Below, one piece after another: positions 51,421-63,887 of a stretch of 64,000 bases of DNA (position 1 is the stretch's first letter; every line of letters begins with the position of its first letter). Made by a program: the position numbers and the translations under genes. Below the pieces are notes generated by a model that made no database searches, was not told the origin of the DNA, and saw only the letters and a list, made by a program, of their open reading frames with translations. Source of the stretch: Chrysomallon squamiferum (Eukaryota; Animalia; Mollusca); contig CM022678.1 in the NCBI GenBank assembly GCA_012295275.1, positions 18,228,001 through 18,292,000 on the forward strand, given 5' to 3'.

Positions 51421-54400
51421 TAAAAAATAATAAATAAAATAAATACAACATTTAATAAATCATTCTGTGGTTATGTGAGTTCTGTTTCAAATATTTTTTG
51501 TATTATTCACATGAGGTTAAATACATTTTCTTAATGATTCCCCCCCACTTTATTGCTGATTGTTACTGAGCCTGCCAGATTGACTCTTCTTGTTTTGGAA
51601 TCAATTCATGACTGGGATAGGATTTGGCTTCTGTTTTCAAAATTGGTGGAATATCTTGTCTTTCTTAACAGTTTTGTTGCTCTGTGTTTTATAAAGAGAG
51701 TAATCAAGAGGAAAGTGTAATTACGAAAATGACCTTATTATTATTATTATTATTAAATTTTTATTGTTTTTTTGCATTATGCTCTTTGTTTATTTTCATA
51801 TAAATATGAATGAAGATTTTGAGTTAAATGAGTTCTTTTATATACTAGAAATATTTTAATAATATAATTATATCTTTTTATTATTATAAATATTTTATAG
51901 AATTTTGTTAGTTATGTATAGAAAGATAGACATGGGAGGTTTATTTATTTATTTATTCATTCATTCTAAGAAGCTGAAGTGTTATTCTCATCATTTAGTT
52001 GCTATCAGTGCTCATACAAAATGATTGGAGAGAACATTTCTCTGTGACACTGGCCCGGAATAGATCTGATGCATTTTTATTAATAGAATCTTCTAAAATA
52101 CTTACTGTATATTTCTTGACAAGAATTGGCTCTTTGAATCTTAGCAGTCCCTCTGTATGAATGTAGAAGAAATTATTTATCTGCATTTCTTCATAATGCT
52201 CCTATCACCATAATGTTTTGTTATTTTTTAAATTTATTTAATTTTTATTTTAATTATGATAATAAATTTGTTTTTCTTTACATTATCTTTTCCTTTTTCT
52301 TTTGTTTATTGACAAAATATTTTTTTGTTTATATACATTCAATATTAGTATTGTGCTACAGACATTGAAGTTAATATTAAGAAGTTTATATACTATAAAA
52401 TAAACCCCTAGTAAACCGACTGGCTTAAAATTAAATATGCAGTTCTTTATAATTTTATTTATATTTTATTTTGTATATAAAGAACAGTTAGTTAAAATAT
52501 CCAATACACATGAGTATATGTATTTTGTATGCTTTGTTTTATTTGTTTATATTTTAAAAAAATTGTGAGAAATCTTTTGCACAATCAAGTAAATTTGTAA
52601 AATGATGGGGTTTTAATTTATTCCCTAAACAAGACTTCATATTGTAGTGAACTGAATCTGTAGTCTACTGACTCCTGAATTGATTTTTTCTTTTAACTTT
52701 ATATTTTTTTATTTACTTATACTTTTTTTTTTCATTATTGTGTGAAAATTATGACACTGACTGAAAGGTCTTGTGTCACGTCTGCTGAAATTCTTTACAA
52801 ATGCTTTTATATGCTTTGTTTCTTAAAATACATTAATCTTTTCCATCCTGCTGCTAACTGTGTCTTCTTAGCCATTGTAACGTTTCATTTTTTCCTTCAT
52901 TTAAATTTCTTTATGTAACACATTATTGTTTATTTAGTGTTATTCTTAAGTCACTAATGTTACAAAAGTTTATGTGCAATAACACAGAAACAGTGAATTC
53001 ACTGGCTGAAGCACAGTTCTTTATATTTGTATTTGTCTTATTTTATAGAGAAAGAACTTTTGGTAAAGAAATTTGTGAACAAACAGGTCGTATCGTTTGT
53101 AACAGTTTGTACAATGTGACATTGTTGAAAACATGGAAATCAACATGCAAGTTAACCTTCTTCCTTTTTGCTTCATGGTTTTTTGCAGTTTCTGAATCTG
53201 ACATAGGTGATGAAGCAACCTTATGACACTGATGTAGTAATTTTGACTGTGGATAATTTATGGTTACATGTTTTTTAATAGTTGTTTCATGTTTTGCTTA
53301 GAAATGTTTTGATTAAGAAATCTGTTTCAATCTTTTATCAGTCCTTTTAATTATGATCTCTTCTTGTTTTTTGTGAATTGCATGAGATATTTCAAAAGTT
53401 TTCGTAAAAGTAATTCCTCAGTGGAACATACTCCATCAACAGTGTTAGTTTGCGGAAACATTCATGTTTTAATTTCAAAATAAGAAAGGAAAATATGAGG
53501 ATTATAAATAAGTAATATTTGTTAAATATTTCTATGAACTGTATTCATTGCTAAAATTTTCAAAGAAAACTTACAAGGAAACGTTTCAGAAAGTTACTTC
53601 TCTGAATGTTCTTTTTCAGATTCTTCTATTCATTCAGTAAAATTCTTAAAATCTTGCTTTGTAAATTATATTTTTACATTGGCTTTTGCCTTTATTTAGT
53701 TTTTCTTCACAAATTTGTCAATATGAGTTTATTATTAGAACCTAAGCAAGGCTTTGGTATCAATTGGTTGGCACGTTCTACTGTTTGTTGGAAATGTTAG
53801 TGGATGTTTTCCATTTTCTGTAAAAGGATTTCACATCTGGAGAAGTATCCTGTGTTAACTGTCAATAGTTCCTTTTGAGTGTATATATAGTGATATGTGG
53901 TTATAAATTGTTGTGTACTTCTCCAATCTCCAAACTATCAGAATATATTCTTTGTCTAATTATTATTAAGACATTATAATTTACTGCATTCTCTGAAACT
54001 GAGATTTTACACAGAATTGAAATATCAGTGTATATTGTTGTTCCGTTCATCTTGCTTTGTAACATTAAATTTATTTATTATTAATTGCAGCCAACTTTCA
54101 CATTAAAACTGAGTAAATACAAGCTGTAAGATGTTTTAGAATAGAATCACTGATGTTGACTGTTTCACCAGTGCATGGCTTCTAGTGTGTTTATGGGCTT
54201 TACCCATTGGTTACATTTGGTTATTTACCAATGTGCAGATGTGCAGATTGTTGGTGTGAAACAGGTTCTGTAGACGGATGCTGTAACATATTCCACCAGC
54301 ATTGTTAATTGGTAAAACATTCATGTTTTAGTTCTAAAATAGGAAAGGAAAATAAAATGAATATAAATGAATATTATCTATTATTGATGGCTATGAACTG

Positions 54401-54720
54401 CATTCTGTTTTAATTTATTGTTAAAGGTAATAAAATAAACCAATAAGTATGCTGCCTGTCTGAACTTTGTTTTTGAGATTGTTATAGTCATTCTGTAAAA
54501 TAATTAAAATCTTGCTTTCTTTTCCAAATTATATTTTTGAATTTGCTTTTCCCTTTGTTTTGTATATTATTTAGGAATTTCTCAATATGAATTTATTATT
54601 ACAACCTTAGCTTCTGTATCAATAGGCTGGATCGTTCTGCTATCTCTTGGAAATATCAGTGGATGTTTTCCATTTTCTGTAAAAGGATTTCACATCTGTT
54701 GAAGTATCCTGTGTTAACTG
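45950..54720 (+). repeat. Older higher-order direct duplication (~45.95-47.8 kb versus ~52.9-54.7 kb)
   Basis: Shared sequence, e.g. CAGTGAATTCACTGGCTGAA at ~46033 and ~52991 and AGCAACCTTATGACACTGAT at ~46271 and ~53213; offset ~6.95 kb. Confidence 0.85.
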
Positions 54721-57700
54721 GCAATAATTTTTTTTATGTTCAGTTTATATATAGATTGCTAGTGAAATGTAATTGCAAATCTACAAACTATCAGAATACA
54801 TTCTTTGTATAGTTATTATTAACACATTTTAAGTTACTGCATTCTCTGAATCTGAGATTTCCACATAGAATTGAAATGTCAGTGTGTATTGTTGTTCCGT
54901 CCATCTTGCTTTACAATATTAAATTTATTTTTATTAACTGTAGCCAACTTTCACATTAAAACTGAGTAAATACAAGCTGTAAGGTGTTTTAGAATAGAAT
55001 CTGATGTTGTCTGTTTCACCAGTGCATGGCTTCTTGAGTGTTAATGGACTTTATCCACTGGTTTACATTTGGTTATTTCTGTGCAGATTGTTGGTGTGAA
55101 ACAGGTTCTGTAGTTTGATGCTGTAACATACTGCATAAGCTGTTTTAGCTGGCATAAACATTCATGTTTTAGTTCTGAAAAAGAAGTAAAATATCAGGAA
55201 TGTAAATGATTATTATGTGTTATTGATGGCTATGAACTGTATTCTGTTTTACTTTCTTGTTAAAGGTAATAAAATAAACCAATAAGTATGCTTCCTGTCT
55301 GAACTTTGTTTTTCAGATAGTTATAGTCATTGTGTAAAATAATTAAAATCTTGCTATCTTTTCCAAATTATATTTTTGAATTTGCTTTTCCCTTTGTTTT
55401 GTATATTATTTAGGAATTTCTCAATGTGAATTTATTACTACAACCTTAGCTTCTGTATCAATAGGCTGGATCGTTCTGCTATCTCTTGGAAATATCAGTG
55501 GATGTTTTCCATTTTCTGTCAAAGGATTTCACATCTGGTGAAGTATCCTGTGTTAAATGGCAATAATATTTTTTATGAACTGTATTCTGTTTTACTTTTT
55601 TTATTTTTAAAAGTAATATATGAAGTTTCCAAAGAACAATTTAAAATAAACCAATAGGTATGCTACTTTCTTGAACATGTTTTTGAGATTGTTATAGTCA
55701 TTCTGTAAAATAATTAAAATCTTGATTTATAAATTATATTTTTGGATTGGTTTTCCCTTTATTTTGCATTTTCATTAGGAATTTCTCAATATGAGTTTAT
55801 TATTAGGACCTTAGGAAGGCTTCTGTATTATTGACCAGGTCGTTCTGTTATGTGTTGGAAATGTCAGCCGATGTTTTCCATTTTCTGTAAAAGGATTTCA
55901 CATCTGGTGAAGTATCCTGTGTTAACTGTCAATAATTTTTTATGTTGAGTCTATATATAGCTTGGTAGTGAAATGTAGTTACCAACCGTTGTTAATTCTC
56001 CAATCTGCAAAATATCAGAAATATTATTAAGACATTTCAACTTAATGCATTGTCTGTAGCAGATGTCCAGATACAATTTGAATATGAATGTGTATTGTTG
56101 CTTTGTCCACCTTGCTTTGTAATATTAACTTTATTTTTATTAACTGCAGCCAACTTTCAGATTAAAAGTGAGTAAATACAAGCTGTAAGGTGTTTTAGAA
56201 TAGAATCACATTATTGTTTCTGATGTTGGCTGTTTCAGCAGTGCATGGCTTCTAGCTTGTTAATGGGCTTTATCCATTGGTTACATGCGGTAATTTCTGT
56301 GCAGATTGTTGGTGTGAATCAGATTCTGTAGACGGATGCTGTAACATACTCCATCAGCATTGTTAGGTGGTATAAACATTCATGTTTTAGTTCTAAAATA
56401 GGAAAGGAAAATATGAGGAATATAAATGAATATTATCTGTTATTGATGGCTATGAACTGTATTCTGTTTTACTTTTTTGATTTTTAAAAGTAATATATGA
56501 AGTTTCCAAAGAACAATTTAAAATAAACCAATAGGTATGCTACTTTCTTGAACATGTTTTTGAGATTGTTATAGTCATTCTGTAAAATAATTAAAATCCT
56601 GATTTATAAATTATATTTTTGGATTGGTTTTCCCTTCATTTTGCATTTTCATTAGGAATTTCTCAATATGAGTTTATTATTAGGACCTTAGCAAGGCTTC
56701 TGTATTATTGACAGGGTCGTTCTGTTATGTGTTGGAAATGTCAGCCGATGTTTTCCATTTTCTGTAAAAGGATTTCACATCTGGTGAAGTATCCTGTGTT
56801 AACTGTTAATAATGTTTTTTTTGTTGAGTCTATATATAGTTTGCTAGTGAAATGTAGTTACCAACCGTTGTTAATTCTCCAATCTGCAAAATATCAGAAT
56901 TATTATTAAGGCATTTCAGCCTAATGCATTGTCTGTAGCAGATGTCCAGATACAATTTGAATATGAATGTGTATTGTTGCTCTGTCCACCTTGCTTTGTA
57001 ATATTAACTTTATTTTTATTAACTGCAGCCAACTTTCAGATTAAAAGTGTGTAAAGGCAAGCTGTAAGATATTTTACAATAGAATCACATTATTCTTTCA
57101 GATGTTGACTGTTTTACCAGTGCATGGCTTCTGATGTGTTAATGGCCTTCATTCATTGGTTATATTTGGTTATTTATGTGCAGATTGTTGGTGTGAAACA
57201 GGTTCTGTAGGCTGATGCTGTAACATTCGATCAGCATTGTTAGGTCTTATAAACGTTTATGTTTTAGTTCTAAAATAGGAAAGGAAAATATGAGGAATAT
57301 AAATGAATATTATCTGTTATTGATGGCAATGAACTGTATTCTGTTTTACTTTTTTGATTTTTAAAAGTTTTATATGAAATTTTCAATGAAAATGTTGAGA
57401 AGAAACCAATAGGTACGGTACGTTTGTGAATTTTGTTTTTCAGATTATTATAGTCATTCTGTAATATAAGTAAAATATTGGTTTGTTTTCAAAATTATAT
57501 TTTTGTATTGGCTTTTCGCGTTACTTTTTTATTTTATTTTAGAATTTCTGATATGAATTTATTATTACAACCTTAGCTTCTGTATCAATAGGTTGGCACG
57601 TTTTGCTATTTGTTGGAAATGTCAATAGATGTTTTCCATTTTTTGTTAAAGGATTTCAGATCTGATGAAGTGTCTTGTGTTAACTTTGAACAATGTTTAG

Positions 57701-59796
57701 ATGTTTGGTTGCATATATAATCTGGTAGTGAGATGTAGTTTCAAGCTGTTCATGCTGCTAATACATCTTTATAATCGCAGTGTTCAGTTAACTGAAGTTG
57801 TGTTTTGTGGAGTTTAAAAAGCCACGAACAACAGTGAAATGCAGTTACAAATTGTTGTGTAATGCTGCGATTTCCAAAATGTGTGAATATAGTCTGTTTG
57901 TAATTATTGTTAAGACGTTTTAACTTACTGTATTCTCTGAAGCAGAGATGTCCAGATAGAATTCGAATGTCAGTGTGTTTTGTCCTATCTTGGTTTTTAA
58001 TAGTAACTCTATTTTTTTTTGACTGCAACCATTATACACATTTATTATCGTTTTATTGGTTTCATTTTTTTGTTGGTTTGAAAAATTAATTTTAAATTCA
58101 AAGAAACAACTGTCATCATTATCCAGTGCATGTTTCTATTTTCTGTAAAGGATTTCAGATCTGGTAAAGTAACCTGTGTTGGCTGTTAAGTTGGGTTTTT
58201 TTTTTTTTTTTGTTTGTTTGTTTGTTTTATATATCTTATTTTGTACATAAAATCTAGCAGTGAGAGGTAGTTATCAAATGTGGACTAATTCTAAGACGTC
58301 CAAAATATTCAATAACAGTAAGATAAAATTGTAGTCCATTATCTTAGAATCAATAATACATGACAGGGATAAGATTGGGCTTCTGTTTTCAAAATTGGTG
58401 GAATATCCTGTTCTTCCTATCAACAATTTTGTTGTCATCTGATGTTTTTTTTTTTTTTTTCGTGAACAGATTAATCAAAAGGAAGATGTAACTACCAAAA
58501 TGATCTTCATTTTCTTATTATTATTGTTTTCTTGGGGTTTTTTTTTGTTGTTTTTTGTGTGTTAATCTTGTTTAACCACATACCAATGTGAATGAAGATT
58601 TTGAGTTAAAATTTTGTTTTGTTTTGTTGTTTTTTTTTATATATATATTTTAAACATTTGATAAAGAATTTTGTTAGATATCTATAGAAACACGAAGACA
58701 TACGAGATTTTTTTTTTTTTAATTGAATTTTTTTTTATTAGATTTGTTTTTTCTTTGCTAAGAAGTTGAAGCTTTATTATCATTATTAAGTTGATACTGG
58801 TGCTCATACAAAATGACTGAATGGAACATTCATCTGTAACACTGGCCTGGAATAGATCTGAAATATTTATATTAACACAATCTTCTAAAATAGTTTCTAA
58901 ATATTTTAAACAATTTCTTGACAAGTATTGGCTCTTTGAATCATAGCAATGCCTCTGTATAAATGTGTAGAAGTTATTTTTACATGCATTTGTTCATTAC
59001 ACAGCTTTCACCATAATTTAGTGGTATTTTAAAATTTATTTAATTTTTATTTTTTTATTTTAAATTTATATTATGAAATAAAACCCCAGTAAACTGACTG
59101 GCTTAAAATTAAACATACAGTTTATGCTTTTCTTTATATTTTATTTTGCATATAAAAATATTTAGTGAAAATATCCGACACATATAAGGGTATGTATTTT
59201 ATATTCTTCGTTTTATTTCTTTATGTTTTTAAAACATCGTGAGAAATCTTTCAGTCAATCAAGTAATTTGTAAAATAATGGGGTTTTATTTCATTCCCTA
59301 AACAAGGCTTCATATTGTAGTGAACTGAATCTGTAGTCTTCTTGTCTCCTAAATCGATTTTTTTTTTTTTTTCTTCTTCTTATTTATTTGTTTTCAGAAA
59401 TATTTTATAAATGTTTTTGAATCTCTTGATCTTTAAAATATATTAACTTTTTGGGAACATATACGTGCTTTTATTTGGTTTGCTTGATGAATTATATACC
59501 CCAAAATACTTGTATAAAATAATTCTTTCGTTAAAAGCTACAGTTCAGTTATAGAAATTTTCTTCTATTTACTCTTCCATTGTTATTTACAAGCACTGAA
59601 ATTCAGTGCATCCACGAAATATCTGGACCTTTGTAGTACTTGAATACGTTCTCTAACAATAACTACTATAAAAACAGTAAATATATATTTATGTTGAACA
59701 TTTTTTGTTTTTGTTTTTGTTTTTGTTTTGTTTTTTACAACAGTTGAACGCCCATGTAAATGACTTTTTTTATTATTTTTTTAATCTGAATATTTA

Positions 59797-59827
<31 letters not shown>

Positions 59828-59837
59828 TATAATGTCC

Positions 59838-59877
<40 letters not shown>

Positions 59878-60189
59878 TTTTTACATCTTAATATTCAATA
59901 CATTATAGTTTATGCAGGATACTGTATTTGGTTTAAAATACAGATGATATAAAATTTTATCTGATCTTGATTAATTATAAAACTATTGTGTAATTAATTA
60001 CATTATTAATTCTGTCCACAAACTAGATAATACTAATAACATACAACAACTGTTGTTGCTGTTGTTGTTGTTATTATTATTATTATTATTATACATAAAA
60101 TAATAATTATGATAATGTTACGAGGAGACTTGTTTTTAATAAGTAAATAAATCAAATAAAAGAAAATTAGGTGTCTCCACATGCTGTTA

Positions 60190-60193
<4 letters not shown>

Positions 60194-60275
<82 letters not shown>

Positions 60276-60372
60276 TATTAAGGCTTAGAATTATAATTAC
60301 ATTTTATTTTCGTTTACACAGGCAAGAATACAACAGAATAAGCGTCCATATATATATATAAGCCCATGCATA

Positions 60373-60463
<91 letters not shown>

Positions 60464-60541
60464 TCCATGCATATACATATGTACATATATACATACATAC
60501 ATACATACATACATACACATACATATACATACATAGTATAC

Positions 60542-60620
<79 letters not shown>
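60194..60620. repeat. Microsatellite cluster (GA)n / (TC)n(AC)n / (ATAC)n / (GA)n
   Basis: Directly visible. Confidence 0.95.
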
Positions 60621-60628
<8 letters not shown>

Positions 60629-61019
60629 CGTTCTGAGCAAGTTTGATTTTCGAATTTTTGACGGTGTTAATTGCTGTTCACATTTAACTGACTAATACAT
60701 TATTAGCTTGTTATTTTCATTATTAATAGTTAGCTGTGTTTTTGTAAATCAGTAAAATAACCACAATAATAACTTACAATATTCTTTAATTAATGTTTTT
60801 TTTTTTTTTTTTTTTTTTTTTTTTGATATATGATAATCAGTGATTATTATTATTTTTATTATTGTCGTTGTTGTAGTTGTTATTTTAATGGAGTAATTAA
60901 TTAAATTCAATAAAATAATTTATAATAGTCCACACTTTGTATTTGTTATTTTTGGACTACAGTTTATCACATACACACACACACACACAAACACATGCAT
61001 ACACACAGATACAAAAATA

Positions 61020-62260
61020 CAACAACCTTAAACACATTGCAGAACGTCACAGACTAACGTAAAACAGTTTACAGAACACTAATATACAACCAAGTAACAC
61101 GATGTTATAGAAAAACAAATCGTATAACACACCTTAAAAACAACGTAAATAGCAATATATAAATGCTCAGAAGAACGTTAATGAGAAAGCTACAGGAACA
61201 GAAAAAGTCGCCTGACATCTAAGGAACAATGTAAATCTCCAAAATAATGTAAATTACCATAGAAACGATAACAAAGCGGTGTACACCATGTAATACTAGC
61301 AAACAGAAAACATATCACGATACAAGCACAGGAATATGTTTAAAATGATTATACCAAGCTCTACAGATGACTAAATGAGTTAAAGAAGAAGGTACGTATT
61401 TACAGAAGTATATAACGTTCCACCAAGCTAGGGAGCACTTTAAGTGAATCGACACTGTGGTCAATAAGATGATATAAAATACAGAGAATAACGTATCGCA
61501 TAACAGCTGTAAAAGTATAACGAATATGACGTCACAGAACACTGGACATCAACGCATATCTTACGATGTTATAAAACAAGAAACTACATCACATGATGGC
61601 TGTCCAGAACAACGTATTTCATTTCAGACAGTGTCAGTTAATAGGAAATGTATTATAAAAAAAAAAAGAATAAACAAGTGACGTAATAGAACACAGATGC
61701 ACAGGGAACGTAAATGACGTCATACAAGTCTACGAAGGAATGTAACTCATATAACACATAGAAAAAATGTACATGACGTTAGAGAAGATAGATAATGAAA
61801 TCATGTAACAACACTACAAGAGACTACAAATGACGTCACGTACTTGCAGAACAACGTGAATCACGTGACATATTTACATTACGATAAATGATGTTATATG
61901 ATGTAAATAACGTGACAACTGCAGCAGAATGTGAATAACGTCAAACATAAAAAATAAAATATAAAAACTTTCACGAGACTCACTAGAGAGCAGTCATGTC
62001 ACTCGAATTTGCAGAAAGTAAATGAACTATAAAATTCTACAGCAATATGACAAAAGATGTAAATAAATACGCATTTCTAGAGACCAAACTAAATTATATT
62101 ACACAAATATTCACAAGAATGCAAAAGAAGGGTAAACAAATGCAGAGAACATTGTTTGTCACGTGACAAAACTGTAAATGACGTTACACAAATCTGCGAG
62201 ACACATCTTTAAGTCAAATGGAAACGACCTAACAAAAAAAACACTGTACATGAAGAAATT
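61020..62260. repeat. Highly degenerate A-rich minisatellite with AGAAC(A)ACGTAAATGACGTCAC-like units
   Basis: Recurrent AACGTAAAT/AATGTAAAT and TGACGT(C/T/A)A words; CpG is retained, unlike in the preceding 40 kb. Confidence 0.55.
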
Positions 62261-62822
62261 AGCACCTCTGAATATTAACAACGTACACAGATAGACATAT
62301 TTACACACAAACATAGTCTTTACGTACATACATTCAAACATACAGACACAGATGTACACCAGAAACAAAAAAAACAACAAAAAAACAAACCCACACACAC
62401 AAATTTTAACCTACATCAGTAATTATCTCGACATATTTTAACATTAAGCTTCATCGTGAGTGAAATACAACAGATTCACAATCGCTAAAAAACACAGCGA
62501 TCAAAATCTGTGACAGCAGGAATGTCGCGATCACCGCTTGTCTGTTAATAATGAGAAGTATTAAATTATGTTAGGGGCGATAAATCACAGCTTCCGTTAT
62601 CCTTACTGCACACAAAAGTAAATTGATTTCTTTTCGCCCCAGAGAATATTACATGAATTCTTCGTGTTGCTTTCATTTTTTAATGATGTTGTCAGAACAG
62701 TCTGTGTGTGGCAGGAGAGAGGAATGTAAGGCAGGTACATGTATTTTGCATTTTTCAAAGTGTTTTTTTTTTTTTCGGTGTAGCTAGAGTGTTGTTTGGA
62801 GACCAGAATTAAGAGATGTACG

Positions 62823-62826
<4 letters not shown>

Positions 62827-62884
<58 letters not shown>
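62827..62884. repeat. (GT)n microsatellite
   Basis: Directly visible. Confidence 0.95.
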
Positions 62885-62885
<1 letters not shown>

Positions 62886-62974
62886 GTGTTTGTGTGAGTG
62901 GACAAGAATATATATAGTTATCAGAGTTGTTCAATGTCCAATGATAACAAACCGTTAAATGCCTCTGTTAGTAT

Positions 62975-63008
<34 letters not shown>

Positions 63009-63609
63009 TAATAATACTGATGATGATGATGATGGTAAATGCCTCTTTTAGTATGTAATAATAATAATAATAATGAGGAGGATGGTAATAACAATGATGA
63101 TAATGTAAATAAAAATAATAATGGTAATGATAATGTATGCATGTATCTATGTATGTACGTATGTATGAAAGTATTATGTGTTTTTAATGATGATTTTATA
63201 TATATAGAGAGACTTTTATATACGTTTATAATATGTGTATGGTACATTTTACGAATTGTTGCATGTAAGTTGTCGGGCTATTTTTCTCGATTTTATACAT
63301 ATATATACACACATATATATATATACATATATTATATCTTTTATATTAACCGTCGTTTAGCACATGCTGGAAAGGGGAATAAAAAAAAAAACAGTCAAGC
63401 TTCAATCCAGCCCATAAACGGAAAAGAATATCTTCAAAAACAAATAAAAATAAACTAAATTCATGCGAGTGTTTAAAGATAATGAACAAATAACTATCCA
63501 TCTTACTTGATTAACGTATCATAATTATTGTATTATAAGAAGAAAAATAATAATAATAATAAAAAAATAAAAAAAATAAAAAAAATAAAATAAAAAAAAT
63601 AAATACCTG

Positions 63610-63887
63610 ATTTTCCGCACGTCAAACAAGTCCGCTATTCTGTGTTAATCAGTTTACGAGGTCAGAGGTTTGTTTTTCGACCAATGGCAGTTCTTACAAT
63701 CATTTCTTTCACATCTTGATAAATACGGTTGGTGGTGGTTACGATCAATCGACCAGTGACGTCATCTCGTAAAATGCCACGATGGACAAATGGTCAGTTC
63801 AAGTGCGATCGATAATCTAACGCTAGATAAGTTTAGGAATATTTGCACGGACACTGGTCATTTAAGATTTCCTCTCCGAGGGTAAGT
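63610..63887 (+). promoter_or_regulatory. Probable promoter and first exon of the next plus-strand gene
   Basis: CpG-rich patch with CCAAT at 63681, full CRE TGACGTCA at 63757-63764, Inr-like TCAGTT at 63794-63799 and a consensus donor AGG|GTAAGT after 63881. Confidence 0.55.

Larger units (their letters stand above)
41700..58200 (+). repeat. Tandem/nested array of ~0.85-0.9 kb units with conserved core GATGTTTTCCATTTTCTGTAAAAGGATTTCACATCTGGTGAAGTATCCTGTGTTAACT
   Basis: Core seen at ~42671, 46866, 47766, 53803, 54662, 55501, 55870, 56747, 57628, with degenerate copies at ~42090 and ~58130. Spacings of adjacent full units are ~900, 859, 839, 877 and 881; one truncated unit is ~369. A partial unit lies at ~39450-39630. 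All copies have the same orientation. Confidence 0.92.
33113..59400 (+). other. Non-coding tract downstream of Staufen; putative very long 3' UTR or read-through region
   Basis: No credible ORFs. Persistent T-over-A skew on the plus strand and scarcity of CpG (by eye) continue from the Staufen gene body; CpG returns beyond ~59.6-61 kb. The true poly(A) site is unknown. Confidence 0.4.

Noticed and set aside
42878-56909. Duplicated short ORFs (MEKTPRYIQ.., FCPFLYKSS.., MCWKCQP..) as a peptide gene family
   Set aside because: They recur only because the DNA is duplicated. Most start at non-ATG codons, the frames are not preserved in more diverged copies, and composition is non-coding.
41700-58200. 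CRISPR-like or snoRNA-cluster interpretation of the array
   Set aside because: Eukaryotic context; the spacers are homologous to each other; no cas genes; no consistent C/D (RTGATGA/CTGA) or H/ACA box arrangement noticed.
63790-63881. Open frame MVSSSAIDNLTLDKFRNICTDTGHLRFPLR running into the donor
   Set aside because: The ATG lies just upstream of the Inr-like TCAGTT and the peptide is unrecognisable; more likely a 5' UTR exon. It cannot be resolved without the next window.
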